Assembly: GCA_030916895.1 (NCBI GenBank) | Contig: JAUPVR010000002.1 | Location: 173-64,172, forward strand | Reading direction: 5' to 3' | Length of the DNA stretch: 64,000 nucleotides | Source of the DNA: Patescibacteria group bacterium | GTDB taxonomy: Bacteria > Patescibacteriota > Minisyncoccia > Phycocordibacterales > UBA5272 | In this document: positions 1 through 10,389 of the stretch, piece after piece | Position numbering within the stretch: the stretch's first letter is position 1 | Layout: each line of letters begins with the position of its first letter | The notes under the pieces: generated by a model | What the model was told of the DNA's origin: nothing | Databases searched by the model: none | The model's input: only the letters and a program-made list of their open reading frames with translations | Translations under genes and position numbers: made by a program

Positions 1-6
1 ATATTC

Positions 7-564
7 CTATGCTTTCCTAAATGGAATTCCAATTAATTCAAAGAAATCTGTCGCTTCATCCTTAGTTTTTGCCGTTGTTCCAAGGGTGATCGCCATACCA
101 AAAACATCTTTTAGTTCTTCATCATGAATTTCTGGGAAAATCGTGTGTTCTTTGATACCAAAGGTAATATTTCCAATATTATCTACCGATGTCTTGGATA
201 TTCCACGAAAGTCTTTGGTGCGTGGAAGCGCTACATTTAAGAGTTTATCCAAAAACCCAAACATGCGAGCCCCACGGAGCGTAACCGATACTCCAATCAA
301 GTCTCCTTGGCGAGTCTTAAATGATGCAACGGCTTTCTTTGCTTTACGAAGGGTTGGTTTCTGGCCGGTAATCTTTGCTAAACGATCCATCACAAGTTCA
401 TTAAACTTACGATCACGCTTAATATATGAACCTGTCGCAACTGAGACCGTAACTTTTACAAGCTTTGGCGCAGCCATGGCATTCTTGTAGCCAAACTTCT
501 TTGAAAGATTTTCAAATGAAGCCTTTTGTTTTTCAACAACACCGACAAAACTACTTTTTGACAT
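7..564 (-). CDS. rplE: 50S ribosomal protein L5
   Basis: Translation matches L5 family (…KITGQKP…VSVTLRG…FPEIH…). The ORF extends to 666, but the L5-like N-terminus starts at MSKSS (ATG at 562-564). Confidence 0.85.
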   Translation of the reverse strand: MSKSSFVGVVEKQKASFENLSKKFGYKNAMAAPKLVKVTVSVATGSYIKRDRKFNELVMDRLAKITGQKPTLRKAKKAVASFKTRQGDLIGVSVTLRGARMFGFLDKLLNVALPRTKDFRGISKTSVDNIGNITFGIKEHTIFPEIHDEELKDVFGMAITLGTTAKTKDEATDFFELIGIPFRKA

Positions 565-728
565 ACTTTTATTGAGGGGTACGATTGGTGGGTATAAACC
601 CAACGTTATACGCTTCCCCTTTCGTGCATATCTTGGATATACACTTTTATTTACTAGTGTAGGCACAATTCTACTACAAAAAATGTCTTTTGTAAACGGG
701 GACTTTTATGAGATTGTGATACTATACT

Positions 729-1571
729 ATGAACATGAAAATCCTGTTTCGCTCTGTAATTTATTTCTTTGCTCTCATTGGTTTTATTTTAACGAGTGGT
801 TTTTTTGCTATAAAATTTGGCATTACGAATGAATGGGGAACGATCGACGAACAACGAGAAGCTTTTTTAAAGAGTGGCTACATGGAAACAAATGTTGTTT
901 GGGCATCAACAACACCAGTTCAAAAAAAGCTTCCCTGGGAAGCAACTGAGGAGTGGCAAACAATAGAAGAAGCGCTGAGAAAGGATGAGCATGTTATTAA
1001 AGAAGCCGCCAAACAGGCTGGGGTTAATCCTCGATTAATTGTTGCACAGGTGGCAGTTGAACAGTTGCGTCTCTTTACAACAAATAGAGAGCTTTTCAAA
1101 ACGGTCTTTGCTCCACTTAAAATACTTGGTGTCCAAAGTCAATTTTCGTGGGGCGTAATTGGTATTAAAGAGGAAACAGCAATTCAAGTAGAGAACTACT
1201 TAAAAGACCAATCCTCTCCTTTCTATCTCGGAAAAGAGTATGAACACTTACTTGATTTCAAAACAGAAAACCATGGTGAAGAGCGCTTTATGCGTATTAT
1301 TGATGAAGATAATCGCCACTACTCATACCTCTATGCTGGGCTTCACTTAAAACAATTGGAAATACAATGGAAAAATGCTGGACACAATATTTCTAATCGA
1401 CCAGAAATTCTAAGCACACTTTTCAATATAGGTTTTAAATACTCAAAACCAAACATGAATCCAAAAAGTGGTGGCGCTTTAATTACCATAGAAGGAACTG
1501 GGTACAGTTTCGGTTCTCTTGCGGGAGAGTTTTACCATTCAAACGAACTCGTTGATATCTTCCCTAAGTAA
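729..1571 (+). CDS. hypothetical membrane-anchored protein (N-terminal TM helix, about 250-aa soluble domain)
   Basis: Intact 280-aa ORF with a hydrophobic N-terminus, no overlap with neighbours, followed by a palindromic hairpin. Sits between rplX and rplE on the opposite strand. Confidence 0.5.
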   Translation: MNMKILFRSVIYFFALIGFILTSGFFAIKFGITNEWGTIDEQREAFLKSGYMETNVVWASTTPVQKKLPWEATEEWQTIEEALRKDEHVIKEAAKQAGVNPRLIVAQVAVEQLRLFTTNRELFKTVFAPLKILGVQSQFSWGVIGIKEETAIQVENYLKDQSSPFYLGKEYEHLLDFKTENHGEERFMRIIDEDNRHYSYLYAGLHLKQLEIQWKNAGHNISNRPEILSTLFNIGFKYSKPNMNPKSGGALITIEGTGYSFGSLAGEFYHSNELVDIFPK

Positions 1572-1572
1572 A

Positions 1573-1598
1573 ACGCGGAAGGCCAAGGCCTTCCGCGT
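1573..1598. terminator. perfect palindrome acgcggaaggcc-aa-ggccttccgcgt between convergent genes
   Basis: 12-bp inverted arms read directly; located between the stop of 729..1571 (+) and the stop of 1639..2166 (-). Confidence 0.45.
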
Positions 1599-1638
1599 AA
1601 CGGATGCATAACAAAAGGAATCACTCCGCCCTTGTAAG

Positions 1639-2166
1639 TCAAACCTTCAATCGCTTGCTCGCTTCTTCCAGAAAAACCAGGAAAGAAAACATTTCATGCG
1701 CTGACGGAATTACTGGCTCCGGGTGAATCGTGACAGACACCTTACCGGGGATGTTATCTTCACGTGCCTTGTCAGCAACGTCGAAGCAAAACTTGTTACA
1801 CCTTAACTTCGTGAGAAGTTTCCTGGTGGTCATATCGACCTCTCGTGATGCGCTTTCGCGGTTCCACTTCCGGTTATCACCGAAAGTCTCCTTGTGTGCT
1901 TGGTCAAGCGCATCGTAGATCGGAAGTGCATACGCTTCATCGGAAGCAGGTGCCCGCCACTTGGCACTAATACGAAGCAATTCGCTTAAGTCTCCATAGA
2001 GCGACACACCTATGCCGTTTGCATTCTTCAAATCTTCGTATGAAGCTTTGTTCTTGAGTACGTCCCGTACTCTTCTTAGCGTGTACCGCACATGCGAACA
2101 TGCTGCGCGGAACCTTTCTTCCGAATTACATTCCTCGCCATGATGCTTCCGGTTCGTTTTTTTCAA
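1639..2166 (-). CDS. hypothetical protein (175 aa) in a region of elevated G+C
   Basis: Intact ORF; composition visibly more GC-rich than the flanking r-protein genes; no recognisable motif. Confidence 0.45.
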   Translation of the reverse strand: MKKTNRKHHGEECNSEERFRAACSHVRYTLRRVRDVLKNKASYEDLKNANGIGVSLYGDLSELLRISAKWRAPASDEAYALPIYDALDQAHKETFGDNRKWNRESASREVDMTTRKLLTKLRCNKFCFDVADKAREDNIPGKVSVTIHPEPVIPSAHEMFSFLVFLEEASKRLKV

Positions 2167-2230
2167 GATGAATTCCTTTCATTTCGTTTCAATCCGATAC
2201 CCAAAGAGAACTCTACATCATAGCGAAAAG

Positions 2231-2269
2231 AAAAGCAAAATCCAACCAGAAAGGTTGGATTTTGCTTTT
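2231..2269 (-). terminator. hairpin aaaagcaaaatccaacc-agaaa-ggttggattttgctttt immediately downstream of rplX
   Basis: 17-bp stem followed by a T-run on the minus strand, directly after the rplX stop. Confidence 0.55.
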
Positions 2270-2275
2270 CTTTTT

Positions 2276-2563
2276 CTACTTTGCTTTTGTAACTTTCTTT
2301 GCTGTAGCCTTCTTTTCTTTTACGACTTTAACTTCTTTCTTTTTCTTGTCGGCGAGTTTCACGTTTGAAACATGAATCGGTTGAGGGATTGAAACGATAC
2401 CCCCTTTCTCTCCCTGTTTCTTAGGACGCATATGCTTTTTCACCATATTTAATCCCTCAAGGACTACCTTGTCTTGTGCAGGAAGTACACGTGCAACAAC
2501 GGCCTTCTTTCCCTTTTCTTTTCCGGCAATTACGATAACATTGTCTCCTTTCTTTACGTGCAT
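2276..2563 (-). CDS. rplX: 50S ribosomal protein L24 (KOW) with Lys-rich C-terminal tail
   Basis: MHVKKGDNVIVIAGKEKGK… KOW motif; Lys-rich tail. Confidence 0.9.
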   Translation of the reverse strand: MHVKKGDNVIVIAGKEKGKKAVVARVLPAQDKVVLEGLNMVKKHMRPKKQGEKGGIVSIPQPIHVSNVKLADKKKKEVKVVKEKKATAKKVTKAK

Positions 2564-2580
2564 ATATGTAGTATTAAAAT

Positions 2581-2961
2581 TTAGATAATTTCTGGTGCTA
2601 GCGATGCAATCTTCTTGTAACCATCAACACCGGACATTGAAAGTTCACGAGGAATTGGCCCGAACACACGCCCTGCTTTAGGTTCCTTTTTTGTCTTATC
2701 AACCAAAACAACAGCGTTATCGTCAAATGAAATGTATGAACCATCATCGCGACGAAAAGGCTTAACCGTTCGGACAACAACACCATAGACAACGTCTTTC
2801 TTTTTTGTCTGCTTGCGAGGTTCAGCAACCTTAACAGAAAGAACAACCATGTCCCCAAGTGAAGCGTAGCGACGCTTAGATCCTCCAAGAATCTTAAACA
2901 CGCGTCCGAACTTTGCTCCGGAGTTATCAGTGATTTTTACGTTTGTTCCTGCTTGAATCAT
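2581..2961 (-). CDS. rplN: 50S ribosomal protein L14
   Basis: MIQAGTNVKITDNSGAK…; typical L14 length and motifs. Confidence 0.95.
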   Translation of the reverse strand: MIQAGTNVKITDNSGAKFGRVFKILGGSKRRYASLGDMVVLSVKVAEPRKQTKKKDVVYGVVVRTVKPFRRDDGSYISFDDNAVVLVDKTKKEPKAGRVFGPIPRELSMSGVDGYKKIASLAPEII

Positions 2962-2994
2962 GGTTTTTTAGTTAACGTTGCTAATGTGTTTCGC

Positions 2995-3267
2995 CTACTT
3001 GGAAGCAATAACAGTAAAATGTTTGTCCTTTGACATCGGACGAGTTTCTTCGATGGTAACCTTATCACCTACTTTGTAGGTATTATTTTCATCATGTGCC
3101 TTGTAACGCTTGTTTACCTTGTAGTACTTGCCATACTTCTTGTGTGCAACGAAACGAGAGACATCAACAACAACAGTTTTGTCCATTTTGTCAGAAACAA
3201 CAACACCAGTAAGTGTCTTCCTTGTTTTAACTGGCTGTGTTTTCTTGGTGGTAGTAAAAAATTTCAT
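2995..3267 (-). CDS. rpsQ: 30S ribosomal protein S17
   Basis: …[17 protein letters not shown]…KYKAHDEN…GDKV.IEE.RP.SK.K.F S17 signature. Confidence 0.9.
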   Translation of the reverse strand: MKFFTTTKKTQPVKTRKTLTGVVVSDKMDKTVVVDVSRFVAHKKYGKYYKVNKRYKAHDENNTYKVGDKVTIEETRPMSKDKHFTVIASK

Positions 3268-3281
3268 GGTAATTTATGTGC

Positions 3282-3704
3282 TTATGAGCGGGCAACAATA
3301 CGGCACTTGATAGGAAGTTTAGTCCCAGCTTTACGAAGAGACTCGCGAGCGACTTCTTCGCTAACACCATCAACTTCAAAAATGATGCGACCAGGACGAA
3401 CCTGAAAAACGTATCGATCTGGATCCCCCTTTCCTTTACCCATCGGTACTTCAGCAGCTTTTTTGGTAACTGGACGATCAGGAAAGATACGAATCCATAC
3501 TTTTGCAGTCTTGCCGGCGTGACGGGTCATTGCACGACGTGCAGCTTCAATCTGATTTGATGCAACGCGAGCAGGAGTTTCAGCTTTAAGCCCAAAAGAA
3601 CCAAAAGATACACTGATACCACGAGTGTCAGGTTTAAATTGCCTCTCTTCTGAGAGTCTGTGGGTGTGCCACTTTCGGTGTTTTACTTTCTTTGGGAATA
3701 GCAT
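3282..3704 (-). CDS. rplP: 50S ribosomal protein L16
   Basis: [11 protein letters not shown]… L16/L10e signature. Only a 14-bp gap to rpsQ, so no rpmC between them. Confidence 0.95.
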   Translation of the reverse strand: MLFPKKVKHRKWHTHRLSEERQFKPDTRGISVSFGSFGLKAETPARVASNQIEAARRAMTRHAGKTAKVWIRIFPDRPVTKKAAEVPMGKGKGDPDRYVFQVRPGRIIFEVDGVSEEVARESLRKAGTKLPIKCRIVARS

Positions 3705-3729
3705 ACGTTTTTAGTTAATTATCTTTCAA

Positions 3730-4422
3730 TTACTTTTCTCTCTTTGGGGTCCTATTTGTCGTCTTCTGATCAAACTTCATACCACGATAAATCCAAACCT
3801 TAATACCGATAACGCCGTACGTCATGTGGGCTTTCTCGCGTGCAAAATCAATATCAGCACGAAGTGTTTGAAGTGGGATACCTCCGCGCTTGATTTGTTC
3901 ACGACGCGCCATTTCCGCACCTCCTAAACGGCCAGACACTTGGATACGTGCCCCGAGTACATCACGATTTGCCATTACCTTTTCAATTGTTGTCTTAAGC
4001 ACACGACGGAAAGGAAGACGCTTTTCAATACCTTCAGAAACCATCGCAGCAACGATCGCAGCATCAGCTTCAGGATTTGCCACTTCAACGATATCAAGCT
4101 TCACATCTTGAGGAACAATAATCTTCAAACGATGCATTTCCTTCTTAAGACCTGCTCGAAGTTTTTCAATGCCATCTCCACCACGACCGATAATCATACC
4201 TGGGCGTGATGTGTGAATCATGATACGATACTGCTTTTCACTTCGTTCAATTTCAATGACAGAAACAAACATACCTCGAAGTTTCTTTGTAAGCCATGCA
4301 CGCACCAAAACATCCGCGCGAAGTTGATCAACAAACAGATTTCTGTCCTTGCCGAACCAGCGACTCTTCCAGTCACGGATGATGCCGAGGCGATGTGAGA
4401 ATGGGTGTACTACGTGTGTCAT
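3730..4422 (-). CDS. rpsC: 30S ribosomal protein S3
   Basis: KH and S3-C domains (…GHKVHP.FRLG…GRLGGAEMAR… equivalents). Confidence 0.95.
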   Translation of the reverse strand: MTHVVHPFSHRLGIIRDWKSRWFGKDRNLFVDQLRADVLVRAWLTKKLRGMFVSVIEIERSEKQYRIMIHTSRPGMIIGRGGDGIEKLRAGLKKEMHRLKIIVPQDVKLDIVEVANPEADAAIVAAMVSEGIEKRLPFRRVLKTTIEKVMANRDVLGARIQVSGRLGGAEMARREQIKRGGIPLQTLRADIDFAREKAHMTYGVIGIKVWIYRGMKFDQKTTNRTPKREK

Positions 4423-4427
4423 GGTAA

Positions 4428-4778
4428 TTATTTAACTTCTGCTTTAACTTTCTTCTTAGCTTCTTCCTTCTTTGCAAGCACAATAGATATCTTACTTGTG
4501 TGCTTGTGAATTGGGAAAGCGCGACCCATCGCACGTGGCATCCAACGCTTAATAACAACCCCCTTGTCTACTGTTGCATCCTTAACAACAAGTTCATTTG
4601 CGGGAATACCAGCATTTGCAACTGCTGAATCAAGAAGTTTCTTCACCGGAAGAGCACCACGCTTAATGAGGCGGGTAAGGAGAGCCTGCGCAACGTTTGC
4701 GGGTTTACCTTTAACCAAGTCCGTAATGAGACGAACTTTGCGAGGTGCTTGGCGGTAATTTGGAATAGATGCTTTCAT
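4428..4778 (-). CDS. rplV: 50S ribosomal protein L22
   Basis: Order and family match: …PRKVRLITDLVKGK…AQALL… L22. Confidence 0.9.
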   Translation of the reverse strand: MKASIPNYRQAPRKVRLITDLVKGKPANVAQALLTRLIKRGALPVKKLLDSAVANAGIPANELVVKDATVDKGVVIKRWMPRAMGRAFPIHKHTSKISIVLAKKEEAKKKVKAEVK

Positions 4779-4783
4779 AAAAT

Positions 4784-5125
4784 TTACTTCTTGGTTTCAA
4801 CAGCAGATTTTGCGGTCTTAGCAGCGGTGATTTCAGCTTCTTTCTTTTTAGTATCAATTTCCTTCTGCATCTTTCCACCGTGGCGGATAAATTTGCGAGT
4901 TGGAGAAAATTCACCAAGTTTATGACCAACCATATCTTCTGTGATAAGCACTTCAATGTGTGTTTTGCCGTTGTATACACCAAAAGTGAAGCCAACCATT
5001 TCTGGAGCGATATCTGAGCGACGAATCCATGTCTTAATAACGCCTGTTTGTTCAGGGCGCTTGCCGAGCACCTTTTTGAGTACTCGTTCATCAACGTATG
5101 GACCTTTGTGAAGCGATCGTGTCAT
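4784..5125 (-). CDS. rpsS: 30S ribosomal protein S19 with C-terminal K/E-rich extension
   Basis: [12 protein letters not shown]…[23 protein letters not shown]…. Confidence 0.9.
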   Translation of the reverse strand: MTRSLHKGPYVDERVLKKVLGKRPEQTGVIKTWIRRSDIAPEMVGFTFGVYNGKTHIEVLITEDMVGHKLGEFSPTRKFIRHGGKMQKEIDTKKKEAEITAAKTAKSAVETKK

Positions 5126-5188
5126 GGTTGGGTTTAATGGGTTCTAATTATATCAGATTTTCCTTGAAAGTAAAGCCTTTATTTATCT

Positions 5189-6025
5189 TTACTTCTTGCG
5201 ATTTACTCGGCGAGAAACAATGTGAACATTCGAGTACTTCTTTGGACGTCTCGTCTTGTGTCCACCGGTTGTCTTACCGTACTTAGTCTTTGGACGACGT
5301 GTTCCTCGAGGTTGTGCACCTTCACCTCCACCGTATGGGTGGTCAACTGGGTTCTTTGCCATGGCACGCGTCTTTGGACGACGACCTAAGTGGCGAGATC
5401 GCCCTGCTTTTCCAAGGTTGCGTAGACGAAATTCGTCATTTGATACTTCACCAATTGTTGCAAAACATGCATCAGTTACCTTACGCACCTCACTTGAAGG
5501 AAGCTTAAGGGATGTATAGCCACCGTCGTGAGCAATCACTTGCGCAAACACACCAGCTGAACGAACAAGCTTTGAACCACCACGAGGTTTAAGTTCGACA
5601 TTATACACAAACGTACCAACAGGAATTGATTTAAGCGGGAGACGATTACCAGTTGTAAGAGGAGCATTCGAAGAAACAATAAATGTGTCTCCTGCCTTCA
5701 TGCTCTTTGGAACAAGTACGTAACGCTTCGCACCATCTGCATATGCTGCAAGACCAATAAAACCAGAACGATTTGGGTCATACTCAACTGTTTGAAGTTT
5801 CGCAGGGATATCAAGCTTGTCATACATAAAATCAATTTCACGGTACGAACGCTTATGACCTGCACCTTTGTAGTACGTTGTAATGCGACCAAACGCATTA
5901 CGTCCAACACCACGCTTAAACCCTCGTGTGAGTGGCTTGTGTGGTTCATTTGTCGTAAGAACACCTCGGTAGGTTACCGTGGACATTCTGCGTCGTGATG
6001 GGGTTGTTGGTTTGTAGGTTTTCAT
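5189..6025 (-). CDS. rplB: 50S ribosomal protein L2
   Basis: …GRN..GRIT.YHKGGGHK…NPVDHPHGGGEG… L2 signature. Confidence 0.95.
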   Translation of the reverse strand: MKTYKPTTPSRRRMSTVTYRGVLTTNEPHKPLTRGFKRGVGRNAFGRITTYYKGAGHKRSYREIDFMYDKLDIPAKLQTVEYDPNRSGFIGLAAYADGAKRYVLVPKSMKAGDTFIVSSNAPLTTGNRLPLKSIPVGTFVYNVELKPRGGSKLVRSAGVFAQVIAHDGGYTSLKLPSSEVRKVTDACFATIGEVSNDEFRLRNLGKAGRSRHLGRRPKTRAMAKNPVDHPYGGGEGAQPRGTRRPKTKYGKTTGGHKTRRPKKYSNVHIVSRRVNRKK

Positions 6026-6036
6026 ACTCGTTATAA

Positions 6037-6345
6037 TTATGCTGCAATCGCAATTGAATCTCCTTTCTTTAAGAAAACAATGGCCTTCTTCAATCCTTCC
6101 GTTCTACCGAACTTACCTCGAGAAAAAACTTTCTTTCCTTTGACATTAAGAATACTGATAGCAATTGGAGTTACCTTGTAGGTTTTTTTGATTTCTGCTG
6201 CAAGCGTGTGCTTGGTAGCATTTTTCTTTACCACGAAGGTATACGCATTTGCAGATGATTGCTGTGAAGCCTTTTCGGTGATACGTGGAGCAATGATAAG
6301 TCCCGCATCCTTCTTTTCTTCTGTTGTTGTTTTCTTTGTTGCCAT
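6037..6345 (-). CDS. rplW: 50S ribosomal protein L23
   Basis: Position between rplD and rplB; L23-like …I.AP.ITEKA… motif. Confidence 0.85.
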   Translation of the reverse strand: MATKKTTTEEKKDAGLIIAPRITEKASQQSSANAYTFVVKKNATKHTLAAEIKKTYKVTPIAISILNVKGKKVFSRGKFGRTEGLKKAIVFLKKGDSIAIAA

Positions 6346-6356
6346 ACGTTTCTAAA

Positions 6357-7025
6357 TTACTTTACAGATTTCTTACCTGAAAGGTACTCAATTGCTGCTT
6401 CAGGGTTCGTGATAACAAGGTAACGAGCATTTGCAATATCAAGAGGATTCAAATCTTCCATGTTGTGAAGATTTACATAAGACAAGTTACGGAAAGAGCG
6501 CTTGAGTGTATCGCTACCTTTTTCGGTTGTCATGTACACATTACCAACTTTCTTGTACGTAAGTGTCTTGAATCCTTCAATCTTTGAAAGATTTTTCATT
6601 ACAACTTCTGCATCTTTTGTTTTCCCAGATGTCTCCGCAAGAGTCTCAACAAAGAGAACTTTGCCATTCTTTACCTTCGCAGAAAGAATTGAGTAGAGTG
6701 CAGAAATCTTCATTCCACGAGGAATTGTTTGCTTGTAGCTCTTGTCGTTGCGTGGGCCAAAGGTAACACCACCGTGACGCCAAATAGGTGATCTAGATGA
6801 ACCGTGGCGAGCACGACCGGTGCCTTTCTGTTGCCATGGCTTCTTACCACCACCAGAAACTTCACTACGATCTTTTGTATGTGCGGTACCTGCGCGACGA
6901 TTTGCTGCCTGTGCATTAATCACCTGTGCTACAAGATCAGCATTCCACTTCGCATCAAAGATGCTTTCTGGCAATTCAATTGACTTTGCTACCTTTCCTT
7001 CTGTTGTGTAAATGTTTGCTTTCAT
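6357..7025 (-). CDS. rplD: 50S ribosomal protein L4
   Basis: …KKPWQQKGTGRARHGS.RSPIWRHGGV.FGP… L4 signature. Confidence 0.9.
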   Translation of the reverse strand: MKANIYTTEGKVAKSIELPESIFDAKWNADLVAQVINAQAANRRAGTAHTKDRSEVSGGGKKPWQQKGTGRARHGSSRSPIWRHGGVTFGPRNDKSYKQTIPRGMKISALYSILSAKVKNGKVLFVETLAETSGKTKDAEVVMKNLSKIEGFKTLTYKKVGNVYMTTEKGSDTLKRSFRNLSYVNLHNMEDLNPLDIANARYLVITNPEAAIEYLSGKKSVK

Positions 7026-7035
7026 ACCTTGTTAA

Positions 7036-7638
7036 TTATCCCTTCAATTCAACGACTGTCCCACGCTTTCCAGCAACCGCACCCTTAACGAGAATAATCC
7101 CGTTTGTTGCATCAACGTCAAGAATTTGCACATTCTTACGTGTAACACGATCAGAACCCATACGACCCGGCATACGCTTACCCTTGTTTACTCGTTGCTG
7201 ACCTGTTGAACCAATTGATCCAACTTCGCGAGCGGAGTGCTTCTGTCCGTGTTGTCCCCATCCGCCTGACATTCCCCATCGCTTCATTCCACCTTGGAAT
7301 CCCTTACCTTTTGAAACACTTGAAATCGTAACCATATCACCTGCATTAAAAATATCGCAGGCGATAGTTGCTCCCGGTGCCAAGTCTCCTCCTTCCGCAC
7401 GAAATTCCTTAATCACCTTAAAAGCTTCTCCTTTGGTGTGACCAAGAAGAGCTTTTGAAACACGCTCTTTTTTCTGCACACCTGAACCCACCTGGATTGC
7501 ATCGTACCCATGAACGTCTTTTGTTTTCACTGAAACAACGGTCATTGGTTCTGCTTTAAGGATAGTTACAGGAAACACGGTTCCGTCTTGAGAGAAGAAC
7601 TGTGTCATATTTTCTTTTGTGGCGATTGTGAATTTCAT
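7036..7638 (-). CDS. rplC: 50S ribosomal protein L3
   Basis: …KGKGFQGGMKRWGM.GG…HGQK..R..GSIG… L3 signature. Confidence 0.95.
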   Translation of the reverse strand: MKFTIATKENMTQFFSQDGTVFPVTILKAEPMTVVSVKTKDVHGYDAIQVGSGVQKKERVSKALLGHTKGEAFKVIKEFRAEGGDLAPGATIACDIFNAGDMVTISSVSKGKGFQGGMKRWGMSGGWGQHGQKHSAREVGSIGSTGQQRVNKGKRMPGRMGSDRVTRKNVQILDVDATNGIILVKGAVAGKRGTVVELKG

Positions 7639-7656
7639 ACGAATGGTTGTTCAGGA

Positions 7657-8013
7657 TTATGCCATCTTAACGTCAATATCCACTCCTGATGGAAGAGACA
7701 AGTTAGTAAGCGCTTCAATTAATTTTGCATTTGGATTAACAATGTCAATCAAACGCTTATTGATACGCATCTCAAACTGCTCACGAGCATCTTTGTATAC
7801 GAATGATGCGCGATTAACCGTATACCGCTTAATCTCTGTTGGGAGAGGAATCGGTCCTTGAATGATGGCCTCGAAGCGACGAGCTGTATCTATAATTTGC
7901 TTTACAGATGCATCGAGAACTTTACTTTCGTATGCGCGAACGCGAATACGTAACTTCTGTGTCTCAGCTGTCTTGCTTGTCGCTTTCTTTGCTTTTGTTG
8001 CTGTTGTTGCCAT
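7657..8013 (-). CDS. rpsJ: 30S ribosomal protein S10 (N-terminal Lys/Thr-rich extension)
   Basis: …RIRVRAYESKVLD…GPIPLPT… S10 family. Confidence 0.9.
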   Translation of the reverse strand: MATTATKAKKATSKTAETQKLRIRVRAYESKVLDASVKQIIDTARRFEAIIQGPIPLPTEIKRYTVNRASFVYKDAREQFEMRINKRLIDIVNPNAKLIEALTNLSLPSGVDIDVKMA

Positions 8014-8061
8014 GTGAGTAATTTTGTATCTAGATTACTACCAGATACATTAAGAATGCGT

Positions 8062-9246
8062 TTACGCGATGATCTTGGTAACGACACCTGCACCTACCGT
8101 CTTGCCACCTTCACGGATAGCGAAACGTCCTTGCTCTTCAAGAGCAATTGGAGCGAGAAGCTTAACAGTAAGTTTGACTGTGTCTCCTGGCATAACCATT
8201 TCTGTTCCTTCTGGAAGAGTACATTCACCTGTTACGTCCGTTGTGCGTACGTAGAACTGTGGCTTGTAACCCTTGAAGAATGGAGTATGGCGTCCACCTT
8301 CTTCTTTCTTAAGAACATACACTTCACATGTAAATTCCGTGTGTGGATTTACTGAACCTGGCTTTGCAAGAACTTGTCCACGAAGAATATCTTCTTTCTT
8401 AGCGCCACGGAGTAAAATTCCAGCGTTATCCCCTGCTTGTCCTTCGTTTAATTGCTTGTTGAACATTTCAATACCGGTAACGGTTGTCTTCATTGTGTCC
8501 TTAAGACCAACAATTTCAATTTCTTCACCAATCTTAACAACACCACGTTCAATACGGCCGGTTACTACTGTACCGCGACCTTCAATTGAGAAGATGTCTT
8601 CTACTGGCATAAGGAAAGGCTTAGTTACATCACGAACAGGAAGAGGGATGTAAGTATCAAGTGCAGTCATGAGTTCAACAATCTTCTGTGCCCATGGATC
8701 ATTAATATCAGTTGCTTCAAGTGCCTTAAGACCTGAGCCACGAATAATAGGAGCATCAGTATAGCCTTGTTTTGCAAGGAGTTCTTTAACTTCTTCTTCA
8801 ACGAGTTCAATCATTTCTGGATCATCAACCATATCACACTTGTTAAGGAAAACGACAACCTTAGGCACGCCCACTTGGCGAGCAAGGAGGATGTGTTCAC
8901 GAGTTTGTGGCATTGGACCATCAGTTGCGGCAACCACGAGAATAGCACCGTCCATTTGAGCGGCACCAGTAATCATGTTCTTAATATAGTCAGCGTGTCC
9001 TGGTGCATCAATGTGAGCATAGTGACGGGTTGCTGTTTGGTATTCTGAGTGAGAAAGAGAAATGGTAATACCTCGCGCCTTTTCTTCAGGTGCCTTGTCG
9101 ATATCATCAACTCCCTTAGTCTTAATAGTAGCGTCACCCATGTGAAGCACATTGAGGATAGCTGCTGTAAGCGTAGTCTTTCCGTGGTCAACGTGACCAA
9201 TGGTTCCTACGTTTACGTGTGGTTTTGAGCGATCAAATTCTGCCAT
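8062..9246 (-). CDS. tuf: elongation factor Tu
   Basis: [22 protein letters not shown]-motifs. Canonical start [12 protein letters not shown] at 9246; the ORF extends to 9330 without an SD. Confidence 0.95.
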   Translation of the reverse strand: MAEFDRSKPHVNVGTIGHVDHGKTTLTAAILNVLHMGDATIKTKGVDDIDKAPEEKARGITISLSHSEYQTATRHYAHIDAPGHADYIKNMITGAAQMDGAILVVAATDGPMPQTREHILLARQVGVPKVVVFLNKCDMVDDPEMIELVEEEVKELLAKQGYTDAPIIRGSGLKALEATDINDPWAQKIVELMTALDTYIPLPVRDVTKPFLMPVEDIFSIEGRGTVVTGRIERGVVKIGEEIEIVGLKDTMKTTVTGIEMFNKQLNEGQAGDNAGILLRGAKKEDILRGQVLAKPGSVNPHTEFTCEVYVLKKEEGGRHTPFFKGYKPQFYVRTTDVTGECTLPEGTEMVMPGDTVKLTVKLLAPIALEEQGRFAIREGGKTVGAGVVTKIIA

Positions 9247-9635
9247 ATGTTTTTGTAGAAGTCGTGCCCCGTGGGATAACTTGTTCTGAATTCCCTTGTA
9301 AATCAAGAGTTTCTTACTTAAGCTCCGCATGGGTTGTAAAGCATATGTGCTTTACCCCATGGGGTATTTGACTTAATTAGATATTAAAAATAACTTGATA
9401 AATAAACTTTGCGCCTCGCAAAATAACTGAACTCTTGGGCGTAACTCATGCCCGATAGTAAATCCGTAACCTTAAAGTAGTACAGAAAACTAAAGGGGAC
9501 GCCTAGGCGAGTACGTGCAATCATATCATAAAAACAAGACACGCGCAACTACTAGTAACCATCGTCGAAACGTAAACCCAAACGACGGCACGCACTAAAC
9601 CAAATAACAACTTTTGTCCTTTATAAATAATACTT

Positions 9636-10373
9636 TTAGAAAACAACAATGGACTGGAGGAATGTCATGAAATCATTTTTAATGTTTCCAAAACTCTCAT
9701 CTTCTGGGCCTGAAACAAAGTAAATTAAACCATTACTTTCTAGAAGGTAATTTCTTTTAAGGTATACCCCATCAGAGAGAAATTCCAGAGCTTCTACTCC
9801 ACCAACATTCTCTTTCGCGATTGGGTAGAGCTCTTTATTGTAATTGGTAATTTGCGTATTGTCGTTTAGCCACGTAAAAATATCTACTTTTTTAACATTG
9901 TTAAAAACATGTATAGAAATTTCTACTGGTCCTTCGCGGGGAACCTTACTTACAAGAAAAGCTTCTTGTTCTTTTGTATTACGAATTGCAAAATAAGTTA
10001 CCAAATCCTCATGATCACCCTCTCGTTTCTTGTGCTGAACTAATGTATATCCATCTGGATTAATAATGTATTCAAAACTTAAACCAAGATCACTATTCCA
10101 ATAGACTTTTGAGGTAACCCCATTTCTTATAATTTCTTGACCACCACCAACTTCAAGTACGTCCCAACCCTTAGGAACATCGCATGGTGTTGGAAACTCC
10201 TTAATTTCTCCTGTTTGTGGGTTCCTCCCTGGTGTTATCACCTGCGCACACATTGTTATATCACCATCAGCAAAAAATATATCTTTTTGAGAATAAACAA
10301 ATATGGTTACCCCAAGGGCAATAATTACAATGAGAAACTTTTTTGCTTTTTTCTTTTTAATTACTATCTGCAC
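9636..10373 (-). CDS. hypothetical membrane-anchored protein (245 aa)
   Basis: N-terminal KKKK plus hydrophobic anchor, then a globular domain; first of three envelope-type genes between fusA and tuf. Confidence 0.5.
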   Translation of the reverse strand: MQIVIKKKKAKKFLIVIIALGVTIFVYSQKDIFFADGDITMCAQVITPGRNPQTGEIKEFPTPCDVPKGWDVLEVGGGQEIIRNGVTSKVYWNSDLGLSFEYIINPDGYTLVQHKKREGDHEDLVTYFAIRNTKEQEAFLVSKVPREGPVEISIHVFNNVKKVDIFTWLNDNTQITNYNKELYPIAKENVGGVEALEFLSDGVYLKRNYLLESNGLIYFVSGPEDESFGNIKNDFMTFLQSIVVF

Positions 10374-10389
10374 AGTGACTCTTTAGTGG

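Noticed and set aside
9247-9635. Expected tRNA genes (e.g. Thr/Tyr/Gly/Trp) upstream of tuf
   Set aside because: Scanned for GGTTCGAATCC and GGATTCGAACC T-arm signatures and acceptor pairing; none found. The spacer is AT-rich with only short hairpins.
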